From an uncultured Veillonellaceae bacterium (GTDB taxonomy: Bacteria > Bacillota > Negativicutes > JARBTT01): a stretch of 64,000 nt of DNA. Positions 1 to 10,828 of the stretch are shown in pieces. The DNA lies in the NCBI GenBank assembly GCA_963805085.1, contig CAWDTA010000005.1, forward strand, positions 736,001-800,000, read 5' to 3'. Within the stretch, counting starts at the first letter, position 1; each line of letters opens with the position of its first letter. The notes under the pieces were generated by a model that was not told the origin of the DNA, did not search any database, and was given only the letters and a program-made list of their open reading frames with translations. Made by a program: the position numbers and the translations under genes.

Positions 1-1853
1 CTTTGTTACTGGTTACTACTTTATTTCGCTTGGCACTCAATGTATCGTCAACACGCTTGATTTTACTTCAGGGATATGCAGGAGAGGTTATCATGTCGTT
101 TGGTAACTTTGTTGTTGGTGGTAATGCAGTTGTCGGTTTTATCGTGTTTGTTATCTTAGTTATTATTAATTTTATTGTTATTACTAAAGGGTCAGAACGT
201 GTCGCTGAAGTTGCAGCACGGTTTACTTTGGATGCAATGCCAGGGAAGCAAATGAGTATTGATGCGGATTTGAACTCAGGAGCAATTTCTGATGCCGAAG
301 CGCGGACAAGACGTATGAAAATACAAAATGAAGCCGATTTTTATGGGGCTATGGATGGTGCGAGTAAGTTCGTAAAAGGTGACGCGATTGCCGCAATTAT
401 CATTATCATGATCAACATCATTGGTGGTTTTGTTATTGGAATGGTACAACGGAATTTAGATGTAACGCATGCATTATCGACGTATACGTTATTAACAGTG
501 GGGGAAGGTTTAGTAAACCAAATTCCAGCGTTATTAGTTTCAACAGCGACTGGTATTGTGGTTACAAGGGCAGCGTCTGATAATAATTTAGGGCAAGATT
601 TAACTACGCAATTATTTAATAATCCTAGAGTGTTTTTTATTGCATCAGGTGTTTTGTTCATGCTTGCAGTTATACCTGGCTTGCCAGGTGTTCCATTTAT
701 GACGTTATCCTTGATTACATTCGTGATTGCATATAATTTAAGAAAAACTGCTACGGAATCAGTGGAAAATAGTATGGTTCAACAAGAGGAAAAAGAAAAA
801 GAAGAAATTAGAAAACCAGAAAATATTATTTCGCTTTTACAAGTTGATCCAATGGAGCTTGAAATTGGGTATAGTTTGATTCCGCTAGTAGATACAGGGC
901 AAGGTGGAGATTTACTAGAACGTATTGTTATGATTCGGCGGCAATGTGCACTTGAAATGGGACTTGTTGTGCCAACAATTCGAATTCGTGATAATATACA
1001 AATTAAGCCAAATGCGTATAGTGTCAAATTAAAAGGAATTGAGATAGCAAAAGGCGAATTATTACTTGATCATTATTTAGCAATGAATTCTGGGACGGTA
1101 TTTGAAGAGATTACAGGTATTGATACCGTAGAACCGGCTTTTGGGCTACCCGCTCTTTGGATTCCAGAATCAGAGAGAGAACAAGCAGAACTCAATGGTT
1201 ATACTGTTGTTGATGCTGTATCCGTTCTTGCTACGCATATTACAGAGGTTATAAAATCACATGCTTCAGAGATTTTGGGACGCCAAGAAACGCAAAATTT
1301 GGTAGACAGTATCAAGCAGAACAATGCATCTGTTGTTGAAGAGTTGTTGCCCGATTTATTGTCAATTGGTGATATCCAGAAAGTATTGGCTAATTTACTG
1401 AAAGAGCGTATTTCTATTCGTGATATGGTTACTATTTTAGAGGTGTTAGCTGATTATGCTAAATTGACAAAAGATACAGAAATATTAACAGAATATGTAA
1501 GACATGCGTTGTCTAGGCAGATAACAAAACAAAATGTTCAAAATAATATTTTACCAACTGTTACGTTAGACCCTGCTACTGAAAACATTATTTCCTCTGC
1601 TGTACAGCGGAATGACCATGGCTCTTATGTAACATTAGAACCAAATAATATGCAACGCTTACTCAACAGCTTGAATGTTGAATTACCTAAATTGACAAAT
1701 TTAGGCTATCAACCGATTGTTCTTACAAGCCCAGCGGTTCGTTTATATTTTCGCAAGCTGATTGAACGGTCGATTCCAGGAGTTGTCGTATTATCCCATG
1801 TAGAAATTCAACCTGATGTAGAAATACAGGTTTTAGGGGTGGTGAAGATTTAA
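1..1853 (+). CDS. flhA: Flagellar export apparatus protein FlhA (5' end lies before the window)
   Basis: FHIPEP signature RVAEVAARFTLDAMPGKQMSIDADL and FYGAMDGASKFVKGDAIA; followed by flhF and flhG. Confidence 0.97.
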   Translation, partial: LLLVTTLFRLALNVSSTRLILLQGYAGEVIMSFGNFVVGGNAVVGFIVFVILVIINFIVITKGSERVAEVAARFTLDAMPGKQMSIDADLNSGAISDAEARTRRMKIQNEADFYGAMDGASKFVKGDAIAAIIIIMINIIGGFVIGMVQRNLDVTHALSTYTLLTVGEGLVNQIPALLVSTATGIVVTRAASDNNLGQDLTTQLFNNPRVFFIASGVLFMLAVIPGLPGVPFMTLSLITFVIAYNLRKTATESVENSMVQQEEKEKEEIRKPENIISLLQVDPMELEIGYSLIPLVDTGQGGDLLERIVMIRRQCALEMGLVVPTIRIRDNIQIKPNAYSVKLKGIEIAKGELLLDHYLAMNSGTVFEEITGIDTVEPAFGLPALWIPESEREQAELNGYTVVDAVSVLATHITEVIKSHASEILGRQETQNLVDSIKQNNASVVEELLPDLLSIGDIQKVLANLLKERISIRDMVTILEVLADYAKLTKDTEILTEYVRHALSRQITKQNVQNNILPTVTLDPATENIISSAVQRNDHGSYVTLEPNNMQRLLNSLNVELPKLTNLGYQPIVLTSPAVRLYFRKLIERSIPGVVVLSHVEIQPDVEIQVLGVVKI

Positions 1854-3122
1854 ATGAAAGTAAAAGTATTTACGGCTAGTTCTATGCAAGAAGCAATGAG
1901 TCAAGTGAAAAGCCAGCTAGGGATTGATGCAGTTATTTTGCATACACGGCGTTTCCATAAAGGCGGTATATTAGGCTATATGGGGAAAGAAATGATTGAA
2001 GTAACGGCAGCGGTAGAAGACAAGCCCTTAGTAACTGCAACACCTCGTTTATCCCCTGTTAGCTCAGAGGCAATGGTTCCGCAAAATATAGTAAAACAAT
2101 ATCAAAATGCTGGTAGTAAGCTACCAGCTAGTTCTATATTAGCTACTAGCAAAGTGAAAGATGAAGTAACTGAAAATGATCTCAATAAAAGTGAAGTTAA
2201 GCAAGAAGAGAATACTCTTCAAATAAAACCAATAGAGGAAAATGAAAGCTCAACAGAAAAAGATGATAAGATATTAAAACTTCAACAAGAATTGGATAAT
2301 ATGAAAAAAATGTTGGAACAGGTAATTAATGCTGTTCCACAGAATAAAGTTGAAACAATGTCTTTATTTGATGCTTTGACGGAAAATGAAGTGGATAGTA
2401 AAACTGTCGAAGAAATTGTCACAAATATTTTGGATGAAACCGTTTTGAATAATAAAGATTTACCAGAAACAGTGGATTTTTTAGCTGATTATTTTGAGCA
2501 AGCATTGAGACCAGCACGTGGTATTGATATTGGGGCAGATCAAACAAAGATCGTTGCGTTGATTGGTGCTACTGGTGTAGGTAAAACGACAACAATCGCG
2601 AAGATAGCAGCGAATTTTGTGCTAGATAAAGCTTGTAGCGTTGCACTTATTACAGCCGATACGTATCGTATTTCTGCAGTGGAGCAATTAAAAACATATT
2701 CTGATATTATTGGAGTACCGTTGGAAATCGTGTATTCACCAGATGAATTGAGGTTTGCTATTGATAAGCATCGTGATAAACAATTGATTTTAATCGATAC
2801 CGCTGGGCGTAGTCAACATAATGAATTTCAATTGGAAGAATTGAAGTGCTTATTAGCAGTGGTGCCTGATATTGAAAAGCATTTAGTGCTTAGTGCGACG
2901 ACAAAATATAAAGATGCCGTTGATATCCTTAGAAAATTTTCTCTTTGTGAACCTGATAAGGTTTTATTTACGAAAGTAGATGAGACTAGTACGGTTGGTG
3001 CTATTATAAATTTAGTACACCAATATCCAATTACATTGTCTTATATTACAAATGGTCAAAGTGTTCCAGATGATATTGTTGTAGCGGATTCGAAAGAATT
3101 GGCGAAATTGTTATTGAGGTAA
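1854..3122 (+). CDS. flhF: Flagellar biosynthesis SRP-family GTPase FlhF
   Basis: GATGVGKTTTIAKIAA, DTYRISAVEQL, DTAGRS, TKVDET and GQSVPDD motifs; lies after flhA. Confidence 0.95.
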   Translation: MKVKVFTASSMQEAMSQVKSQLGIDAVILHTRRFHKGGILGYMGKEMIEVTAAVEDKPLVTATPRLSPVSSEAMVPQNIVKQYQNAGSKLPASSILATSKVKDEVTENDLNKSEVKQEENTLQIKPIEENESSTEKDDKILKLQQELDNMKKMLEQVINAVPQNKVETMSLFDALTENEVDSKTVEEIVTNILDETVLNNKDLPETVDFLADYFEQALRPARGIDIGADQTKIVALIGATGVGKTTTIAKIAANFVLDKACSVALITADTYRISAVEQLKTYSDIIGVPLEIVYSPDELRFAIDKHRDKQLILIDTAGRSQHNEFQLEELKCLLAVVPDIEKHLVLSATTKYKDAVDILRKFSLCEPDKVLFTKVDETSTVGAIINLVHQYPITLSYITNGQSVPDDIVVADSKELAKLLLR

Positions 3123-3127
3123 GCGTT

Positions 3128-4042
3128 ATGATGGATGTGGATCAAGCAGAACGGTTGAGAAAATTAGTAAATGATAAACAATCAGTTATTCAAAATCAAC
3201 AATTTGTAGAAAATAATAATTCTAATAGGAATATCGAACATAAAGCGCGAATAATAGCAATTAGTAGTGGTAAGGGTGGTGTTGGAAAAACCAATATCAC
3301 TGTGAATTTGGCTATTGCATTATCGATGCAAGGCCAACGCGTACTGATTATTGATGCTGATTTGGGGATGGCAAATGTTGATGTCGTTTTAGGGACTTCG
3401 TCGAAATATAATTTACTTAAATTATTAGAAGATGAAATTAATATGGAAGATGTTATTGTTAATGGTCCTTGCGGTGTAAAGTATTTATCGGGTGGCTCAG
3501 GAATTGAACAATTGGCAAATTTAGGATATAACGATCTTGATAAAGTGATGAGAAAGCTCAATATGTGTGAAGATATTGCCGATATTATCTTATTAGATAC
3601 TGGTGCAGGTATAGGAAATAATGTTTTGAATTTTCTTAGAGCTGCTGATGAGGTTATTTTAGTAACGACACCAGAACCGACAGCAATGACGGATGCTTAT
3701 GCAATTATGAAAGCTTATTCTAATTATTCGAATTGTGATACAGTTAAGCTGATTGTTAATCGTGTTTATGAAGCCAGCGAAGTTTTTTCTGTATTCTCCA
3801 AGTTAAGTAAAACAGCTGCAAAATTTTTAAATTTGACGGTAATTGGTTTTGGTGAGATTTATGAAGATCGAAATTTAGTTCGTGCGGTAAAAGCACAAGT
3901 ACCACTCATCTTAATGTATCCTAATACAATTTCAGCAAAAGGAATTAAGACGATTGCAAAGAATATTATGAGTGGAGAAGTAGAGACACAAATGAGAGGG
4001 ATAAAAGGTTTTGTTAGTAAGTTTATGTCTTTTTTAAGGTGA
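3128..4042 (+). CDS. flhG: MinD/ParA-family flagellar number regulator FlhG/FleN
   Basis: N-terminal DQAERLR, deviant Walker A SGKGGVGKT, DADLGMAN, TTPEPTAMTDAY. Confidence 0.92.
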   Translation: MMDVDQAERLRKLVNDKQSVIQNQQFVENNNSNRNIEHKARIIAISSGKGGVGKTNITVNLAIALSMQGQRVLIIDADLGMANVDVVLGTSSKYNLLKLLEDEINMEDVIVNGPCGVKYLSGGSGIEQLANLGYNDLDKVMRKLNMCEDIADIILLDTGAGIGNNVLNFLRAADEVILVTTPEPTAMTDAYAIMKAYSNYSNCDTVKLIVNRVYEASEVFSVFSKLSKTAAKFLNLTVIGFGEIYEDRNLVRAVKAQVPLILMYPNTISAKGIKTIAKNIMSGEVETQMRGIKGFVSKFMSFLR

Positions 4043-4073
4043 TGTTAATTTTCTGTGTTGGGAGTGGTAAAGG

Positions 4074-4742
4074 ATGACGAATAATCCCAAGATTGCACCT
4101 GGGGAGATTCTAAAAGTTGGGCAGCGTGTGGAAGTAAGTATTTTAACTGATACAGAAGATAATAAATATACAAGTAGGATTGAAGATTTTGATTCTAAAA
4201 ATCTGATTGTAGCAATGCCAATGGTGAAAGGGTATCCCATTATACCAATGGCAAGGAGTGGTATTAATATTAGATTAGTTCTAGATCAGAGTTCTTACCG
4301 ATTTACATCTGCTTATATTGATAAAAAAGCAAATCCAATTCCAGTCTGGATTTTGTCAATGCCAAAAGAAATTGACAAAATTCAGCTTAGAGAGTTTGTA
4401 CGTGTCGAGACGATGTTGCCATTAAAGGTACAGGTTGAAGATGCTGAACATAATTTGTTACCACCAATTCCTTGTTCTATTCGCGATGTTAGTGGTGGTG
4501 GTATTCAATTGGTTATGAAACAATTTGTTCCACCAGGGACAAGAGTTTATGTTGATGCTGAAATTCCTGAGGTTGGAGCATTACAGACATATTGTGAAGT
4601 CGTTAGAAGTATTGAAGTAAAAGGGCCTGAAAAAATTTTTTGGATTGGTACAAAATTTATCGATTTATCAGAAGCCGTCAGGTCTAAATTAATTAGGTTC
4701 ATTTTTAAGAGACAAAGAGATTTACTCCGAAAAAAACGTTAA
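4074..4742 (+). CDS. YcgR-like PilZ-domain flagellar brake (c-di-GMP binding)
   Basis: PilZ motifs QLREFVRV and DVSGGG with an N-terminal YcgR-type domain; flagellar operon context. Confidence 0.85.
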   Translation: MTNNPKIAPGEILKVGQRVEVSILTDTEDNKYTSRIEDFDSKNLIVAMPMVKGYPIIPMARSGINIRLVLDQSSYRFTSAYIDKKANPIPVWILSMPKEIDKIQLREFVRVETMLPLKVQVEDAEHNLLPPIPCSIRDVSGGGIQLVMKQFVPPGTRVYVDAEIPEVGALQTYCEVVRSIEVKGPEKIFWIGTKFIDLSEAVRSKLIRFIFKRQRDLLRKKR

Positions 4743-4760
4743 TGCATATGGGGTGAAATT

Positions 4761-5822
4761 ATGATTAAAATTATTATTGCTGATGATTCTGCATTTATGC
4801 GAAGATTATTATCTGACTTGTTTTTGCAGGAACCAGATTTTATGGTTTTAGATACTGCAAGTAATGGTAAGGATGCGATCAATAAAATTAAACACTTGAA
4901 ACCTGACTTAGTAACGATGGATGTTAATATGCCAATTATGGATGGTTTGACAGCATTAGAACATTTAATGCAGGAACATAGGGTGCCTGTTGTGATGATT
5001 AGCAGTTTAACAAAAGATGGTGCTGATGCAACAATTAAAGCTTTATCTTTAGGTGCAGTAGATTTTATAGAAAAAGTTTCGGGACCGATATCTAGTATTG
5101 CTGGCATAAAAAATGAGATTTTGTCAAAATGTCGCGCTGCTGTAAATGCTAACATTACAAAACCGTTTGTGCTAGGAAGTAGAAATCAAGCTATACATAG
5201 TTCTATTCCAGTTAAAGGAAATATTAAGCCGATGATAGTAAATAATCACGCTAGTGAAAAATTAATTGCAATTGGAACATCGACAGGCGGGCCGAGGGCG
5301 CTGCAACAGATTATCACACAATTGCCACGTGCGCTACCTTGCGGTGTGGTCATTGTTCAACATATGCCAGCTGGATTTACAAAATCTTTGGCGGATCGTT
5401 TAAATACATTATCGCAATTAGATGTAAAAGAAGCCGAAAATAATGATATAATAGAATCAGGTAAGGTTTTTATTGCTCCTGGTAACTATCATATGACTAT
5501 TGAAAGTCAAGGCGAATCTCGAGTCATTCGACTTAATCAAAATCCACCTGTTGCAAGTCACAGACCTGCAGTAGACATACTGTTTGAATCTGTTGCCAAA
5601 TTTGGTAATAAGATTATTGCAGTAGTACTTACTGGTATGGGAAGCGATGGCGCAAAAGGGATGCAATATATAAAAAAAACAGGCGGTTATTCAATTGCTG
5701 AAGATCAAAGTACAGCAGTTGTTTATGGAATGCCCAGGGCTGTAGCAGAATTAGGGTTAGTCGATAAAGTTTTACCTATAGATTCAATTGCAGCAGAATT
5801 GGTTCAGTTAGCAAGAAAATAG
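4761..5822 (+). CDS. cheB: Chemotaxis response regulator protein-glutamate methylesterase CheB
   Basis: Receiver domain plus GTSTGGP, QHMP and LTGMGSDGA catalytic motifs. Confidence 0.97.
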   Translation: MIKIIIADDSAFMRRLLSDLFLQEPDFMVLDTASNGKDAINKIKHLKPDLVTMDVNMPIMDGLTALEHLMQEHRVPVVMISSLTKDGADATIKALSLGAVDFIEKVSGPISSIAGIKNEILSKCRAAVNANITKPFVLGSRNQAIHSSIPVKGNIKPMIVNNHASEKLIAIGTSTGGPRALQQIITQLPRALPCGVVIVQHMPAGFTKSLADRLNTLSQLDVKEAENNDIIESGKVFIAPGNYHMTIESQGESRVIRLNQNPPVASHRPAVDILFESVAKFGNKIIAVVLTGMGSDGAKGMQYIKKTGGYSIAEDQSTAVVYGMPRAVAELGLVDKVLPIDSIAAELVQLARK

Positions 5823-5852
5823 CAAGATATAAAATAATTGGGGGAATTAAAA

Positions 5853-7904
5853 ATGGACACAAACCAGTACATGGGAATGTTTTTAGAAGAATCTCGCGAA
5901 CATTTGCAAACGCTGAATAGCTGTCTGCTTGAGTTGGAGCATAACCCTGAAAATCCATCTGTACTTAATGAAATTTTTCGTAGTGCACATACAATTAAGG
6001 GCATGTCAGCTACTATGGGGTTTACCGAAATAGCAGAATTAACTCATGAGATGGAAAACGTTCTTGATTTACTTAGAAAAAATCAATTAAAAGCAAATGA
6101 AGATATTGTTGATACTATTTTTAAATGTGTTGATACCTTAGAACAAATGGTTGAAAGCATTGCAAGTGAAACTGAACATGGAATTGATGTTTCTACGCTT
6201 GTGAAAAAACTTGTTGCGATTGCAAAAGGTGAAGCTACTCTAGCTCCCACTGCAAAAACAGAGGTAAAAGAAGCAACTCAGGATGGTAGCGTTCAACAAA
6301 AAGATTTAGTGGATTTAAATGATACTGAACTTGCTGTATTGAATAAAGCGAGAACTTCTGGTTTGCAACCATTTGAAATTAAGATTACATTAAGTGAAAC
6401 TTGTTTATTAAAATCGGCTAGAGCTTATATCATCATGAATGCTTTAGATGAAATTGGCGAAGTAATTAAAACCGTGCCACCATCGGAAGATTTGGAACAA
6501 GAAAATTTTGATAAGAGTTTTGAGATTATATTTATTACGAGCAATGAAAAAGCTAAGGTACAAGAAACGTTATTATCTGTCTCAGAAGTTGCTAGCGTCG
6601 ATATCAATATGATCGACATTGAAGCTGCTGAAGAAGTAATAGACCAAAAACAAGAAGTACCAACTTCCGCGCCAATTGCTTCGAGATCGGAAGAAAAAGC
6701 TGCTCCGGCAAAGCCACCAGCACAGGCACCGGGCATGGATAAAAAATTAAAAAGTGGTCAGTCTGTACGTGTTGATATTGAAAAGCTAGATTCTTTGTTG
6801 AATTTAGTTGGTGAACTTGTTATTAATAAAACTCGTTTAGAACAAATTGGTATCACACATCGTTTGACTGAATTGGTGGAAACCATAGAACAAATGGATC
6901 GAGTAACGACTGATTTGCAGTCTGTTGTGATGAAAGTTAGAATGGTTCCAGTTGGACAAGTCTTTAATCGGTTCCCTCGTATGGTACGTGATTTATCTCG
7001 TGAATTAAACAAGGAAATTAACTTAACCATTGAAGGGGAAGAAACAGAACTTGATAGAACTGTTATTGATGAAATTGGTGATCCTCTAGTTCATTTAATT
7101 AGAAATTCTCTTGATCATGGTGTTGAACATCCAGACGATCGTGTCGCCAAAGGTAAAGATGCAATAGGTGAAGTTCGTTTGATTGCGCGGCATGAAGGAA
7201 ATAATGTTATTATCATGGTGGAAGATGATGGAAAAGGTATTGATCCTGAGATCATTAAAAGCAAAGCGGTGGAAAAAGGGATTATTAGTCAAGATGATGC
7301 CGATAAAATGGACGATAATGAAGCAGTACGCTTAGTGTTTCTGCCAGGGTTTTCAACAGCTGATGTTATTACTGACGTGTCGGGTCGTGGCGTTGGGATG
7401 GATGTTGTTAGAAGTAAGATCGAATCACTTGGCGGCTTAATTGATGTTGAAACAAAAATTGATCAAGGCAGTAAATTTAAAATTCGTTTACCGTTAACAT
7501 TAGCGATAATTCAAGCACTATTGGTTAAAGTGCACCAAGAAATTTATGCTATCCCATTAGGTAATATTGATAGTACAATCAATATTACGATGGATGATAT
7601 TAAAACAATTCAGAATAAAGAAGTTATTTTGCTTCGTGGTCAAATTATACCAATTATTAGATTGGCAGATGTTTTGAATGTTCCTGAAGTTCAAGATAGC
7701 GAAAACAACGAGCTATTTGTTGTTGTTGTACATATGGGTGAACAAAAAGCCGGCATTATCGTGGATAATTTAATAGGTCAACAAGAAATCGTAATTAAAA
7801 CGTTAGGGAACTTATTGACTGGTATTAAAGTAATTGCCGGTGCTACGATTTTAGGAAATGGACAGGTTGCTTTAATATTAGATGTTGGAACTTTAATGCA
7901 GTAA
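5853..7904 (+). CDS. cheA: Chemotaxis histidine kinase CheA
   Basis: Hpt IFRSAHTIKG, HLIRNSLDHG, SGRGVGMDVV and C-terminal CheW domain; start moved to the ATG after a GGGGG RBS. Confidence 0.97.
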   Translation: MDTNQYMGMFLEESREHLQTLNSCLLELEHNPENPSVLNEIFRSAHTIKGMSATMGFTEIAELTHEMENVLDLLRKNQLKANEDIVDTIFKCVDTLEQMVESIASETEHGIDVSTLVKKLVAIAKGEATLAPTAKTEVKEATQDGSVQQKDLVDLNDTELAVLNKARTSGLQPFEIKITLSETCLLKSARAYIIMNALDEIGEVIKTVPPSEDLEQENFDKSFEIIFITSNEKAKVQETLLSVSEVASVDINMIDIEAAEEVIDQKQEVPTSAPIASRSEEKAAPAKPPAQAPGMDKKLKSGQSVRVDIEKLDSLLNLVGELVINKTRLEQIGITHRLTELVETIEQMDRVTTDLQSVVMKVRMVPVGQVFNRFPRMVRDLSRELNKEINLTIEGEETELDRTVIDEIGDPLVHLIRNSLDHGVEHPDDRVAKGKDAIGEVRLIARHEGNNVIIMVEDDGKGIDPEIIKSKAVEKGIISQDDADKMDDNEAVRLVFLPGFSTADVITDVSGRGVGMDVVRSKIESLGGLIDVETKIDQGSKFKIRLPLTLAIIQALLVKVHQEIYAIPLGNIDSTINITMDDIKTIQNKEVILLRGQIIPIIRLADVLNVPEVQDSENNELFVVVVHMGEQKAGIIVDNLIGQQEIVIKTLGNLLTGIKVIAGATILGNGQVALILDVGTLMQ

Positions 7905-7920
7905 GTGAGGGGTGAAAACT

Positions 7921-8385
7921 ATGTCAGAAAAAACGTATTCAAATGATGAAGTTCAAGTAGTAGCATTTAAATTAGCTCGTGAAGAATATGGGGTAGATAT
8001 TTTAAATGTGCAAGAAATAAAAAAATTGACTGATATTACGCGTGTTCCCTATACGCCAGATTTTATTAAAGGCGTTATGAATTTACGTGGTAGTGTATTA
8101 CCTGTCATTGATTTAAAAAAACGTTTAAGCTTAGTTGAAGAGCCTTATTCAGAAGATACTCGGATTATTATTGTTAAAGTTGATGATATTTCTGTGGGGA
8201 TGATTGTTGATGCAGTTACGGAAGTTTTAGCAGTCGGACCAGAAAGTATAGAAGCACCAGAGGCTGTTGTTGATGGTAATGCAAGCGGTAATAGTTTTAT
8301 TAGTGGGGTAGGTAATCTAAATAATCGTTTAGTTATAATGCTTAAATTAAATGAGATTATCGGGTTAAATAGTGAAGTAAAATAA
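7921..8385 (+). CDS. cheW: Chemotaxis coupling protein CheW
   Basis: ITRVPYTPDFIKGVMNLRGSVLPVIDL. Confidence 0.96.
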   Translation: MSEKTYSNDEVQVVAFKLAREEYGVDILNVQEIKKLTDITRVPYTPDFIKGVMNLRGSVLPVIDLKKRLSLVEEPYSEDTRIIIVKVDDISVGMIVDAVTEVLAVGPESIEAPEAVVDGNASGNSFISGVGNLNNRLVIMLKLNEIIGLNSEVK

Positions 8386-8416
8386 TCTTGGTAGATGAAT
8401 AAATGAGGTGTCAGTA

Positions 8417-9034
8417 GTGACCGATGAAATATTAAATTTATCTGAAGACCAACTGGATGCGCTTAGAGAAATTGGCAATGTTGGTGCTGGAAATTCAGCG
8501 ACCGCCTTGTCGCAAATTATTAGTCGTAAGATTGATATGTCAGTCCCTAAAGTAGCGATTATGCCATTGGGGGATGTCCCTGACGTTGTTGGCGGTCCGG
8601 ATGCAATGGTCGTAGGTGTTTTTTTAAGGGTATATGGATTGGCTCCAGGTAGTGTGTTGTTTTTATTACCTCGAGATAGTGCTTTCTATTTAATTGATAT
8701 GCTCATGGGAAAAGAACGTGGGAGTACTAAAACTTTAGATTTTATGGATGAGTCAGCATTAATGGAAATAGGTAATATTTTGGCTGGTTCTTATTTAAAT
8801 GCGCTATCCCATTTTACAAAATTAACTTTATTACCGTCTATTCCAGCTTTGGCTTTGGATATGGCTGGTGCTATCTTGAGTGTAGTATTGGTTCAATTGG
8901 GACAAATGGGTGACCATGCGCTGGTAATTGAAACAGAATTTTTATCTGAAGATGATGGTATTAGAGGACATTTCTTTTTAATCCCTGATCCTGGATCATT
9001 GAATACTATTTTGACCGCAGTAGGGGTGAAATAA
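8417..9034 (+). CDS. cheC: CheY-P phosphatase CheC
   Basis: Two E-x-x-N motifs (DALREIGNVG, SALMEIGNIL); upstream of cheD. Confidence 0.93.
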   Translation: MTDEILNLSEDQLDALREIGNVGAGNSATALSQIISRKIDMSVPKVAIMPLGDVPDVVGGPDAMVVGVFLRVYGLAPGSVLFLLPRDSAFYLIDMLMGKERGSTKTLDFMDESALMEIGNILAGSYLNALSHFTKLTLLPSIPALALDMAGAILSVVLVQLGQMGDHALVIETEFLSEDDGIRGHFFLIPDPGSLNTILTAVGVK

Positions 9035-9522
9035 TGATGTCAGAGTTAATTAGAGTAGGAATGGCTGATTATAAAGTCGGGTGTTCGCCGGCATCATTAA
9101 TTAGCTATGGTTTGGGATCTTGTATTGGGATAGCCTTTTATGATCCTTTTGCTAAGATTGGTGGTTTGTTACACATTATGCTTCCCGATAGTTCACAAGC
9201 ACGCTCAAATGAAAATCCAGCTAAATTTGCTGATACTGGTATTCCCTTAATGCTCAATGACATGGTTTCATTAGGAGCTGTAAAGAACCGTATTGTTGCT
9301 AAAATAGCAGGTGGAGCTCAAATGTTTAAATTTGCAAATGCAACAGATATTATGCGTGTTGGCGAACGAAATGCCGAAGCTGTTAAAACGATATTAAAAG
9401 ATCTAAATATCAAGCTTATTGCCAATGATACTGGTGGTAACTATGGTAGAACAGTGGAATTAAAATTAGAAACTGGTGTCTATAGAATTAAAACGATTGA
9501 TAAAGGTGAAAAAGAACTTTAA
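9034..9522 (+). CDS. cheD: Chemoreceptor glutamine deamidase CheD
   Basis: GLGSCIG, HIMLP, KFADT, AKIAGGAQMF, DTGGNYGRT. Confidence 0.96.
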   Translation: MMSELIRVGMADYKVGCSPASLISYGLGSCIGIAFYDPFAKIGGLLHIMLPDSSQARSNENPAKFADTGIPLMLNDMVSLGAVKNRIVAKIAGGAQMFKFANATDIMRVGERNAEAVKTILKDLNIKLIANDTGGNYGRTVELKLETGVYRIKTIDKGEKEL

Positions 9523-9532
9523 GCAGGTGATT

Positions 9533-9901
9533 ATGGTGTTAAAGATATGGCTGGCTATTGGACTGGCATTGACTGTTGCTATGATAATTATTTTGATGGG
9601 GATTATGAATCAGGCTAGGTTCACAGTCATATTGTATCGTACAATATTTTCAATTGGCATTTTTGCAAGTTGTGGTTATATTATAGGTATGGTTTGTGAA
9701 ACAAGGTTTTTGCCCTATGCGAAAAAACTTCTAGAAACTGATGTAAATAATCAATATGATAATGAGATGAAAACAATTGACGAAGAAGAAGCTAGTATTG
9801 ATGTTGATCCTGAGCATTTGACAGAAGAACAAAAAGAAGCTGAGTTTGCTCCATTTACCACAGATAATTTAAAACATGTTGTTTCGCCACCTAACAGTTG
9901 A
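9533..9901 (+). CDS. Hypothetical membrane protein (two TM helices, acidic C-terminus)
   Basis: ORF with AGGTG RBS between cheD and sigD; two hydrophobic stretches. Confidence 0.7.
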   Translation: MVLKIWLAIGLALTVAMIIILMGIMNQARFTVILYRTIFSIGIFASCGYIIGMVCETRFLPYAKKLLETDVNNQYDNEMKTIDEEEASIDVDPEHLTEEQKEAEFAPFTTDNLKHVVSPPNS

Positions 9902-9923
9902 TTGGTAATTGGAGGGGTGCAAA

Positions 9924-10682
9924 ATGTCTAATAACTTAAACGAGCAAAAATATTATATTGATGATTTGTGGAATGCTTATCAAGAAGATAGAAATCCTGA
10001 AATTAGGGAAAAATTAGTTCACGTATATTTATCCCTAGTGAATATAATTGCTGGACGTATTGCAATTAGTTTACCTGCATATGTAGACCGTGATGATTTA
10101 ATTAGTTGTGGCTTTTTTGGTTTATTAGATGCGATAGAGCGGTATGAGCCAACTCGTGGTAATAAATTTGAGACATATGCAGGTGTTAGGATCCGAGGGG
10201 CTATTCTAGATTCGCTTCGAGCAAAGGATTGGTTACCTGTTTCGCTGAGACAAAAGATCAGAAAGTATGAACATGTAGTTAGTGAATTGGAAGCGAATTT
10301 TGGCAGGGCGGCAACGGATAGGGAAATTGCTGATAAATTAGGTGTTTCTGTTAATGATTTAAGTGTGTTGCTAAATCAATTAAATGTCGCAACCGTGATA
10401 CCACTTGAAGAATATGTTAAATCTGAACCTGTAAGAGGTACCACAGTTAGTCCATCAGATAATATTGAACATAAAGAATTACAAGATAGCTTAGCAAAGG
10501 CAATTGACAAGCTGCCAGAAAAAGAAAGATTAGTCGTTTCTTTATATTATTATGATGAATTGACTTTGAAAGAAATAAGCTTGATTTTGAAGTTGTCTGA
10601 AGCAAGAATTTCACAATTACACACAAAGGCTGTTTTTCGTATGCGTGGATACTTGTCTAGAATTAAATCTAGTTTAATATAA
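9924..10682 (+). CDS. fliA: Flagellar sigma factor FliA/SigD/WhiG family
   Basis: KFETYAGVRIRGAILDSLR, LYYYDELTLKEI, SEARISQLH. Confidence 0.95.
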   Translation: MSNNLNEQKYYIDDLWNAYQEDRNPEIREKLVHVYLSLVNIIAGRIAISLPAYVDRDDLISCGFFGLLDAIERYEPTRGNKFETYAGVRIRGAILDSLRAKDWLPVSLRQKIRKYEHVVSELEANFGRAATDREIADKLGVSVNDLSVLLNQLNVATVIPLEEYVKSEPVRGTTVSPSDNIEHKELQDSLAKAIDKLPEKERLVVSLYYYDELTLKEISLILKLSEARISQLHTKAVFRMRGYLSRIKSSLI

Positions 10683-10735
10683 AAGTAGTATTTTGGATGT
10701 AATAATATTACTATAGAAACGAATGTATTGTTTAG

Positions 10736-10789
10736 TTTGCATCAATATATGAAAATAAACAAAATTTTGTTTTTCTATATTGATGCAAA
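10736..10789. repeat. Long inverted repeat/hairpin between sigD and the FapA gene
   Basis: TTTGCATCAATATA (10736-10749) and its perfect reverse complement TATATTGATGCAAA (10776-10789), with further internal pairing. Confidence 0.75.
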
Positions 10790-10828
10790 TAACTGGTTCG
10801 TAATATAGTTTCGGGGGAGGTATTTTAC

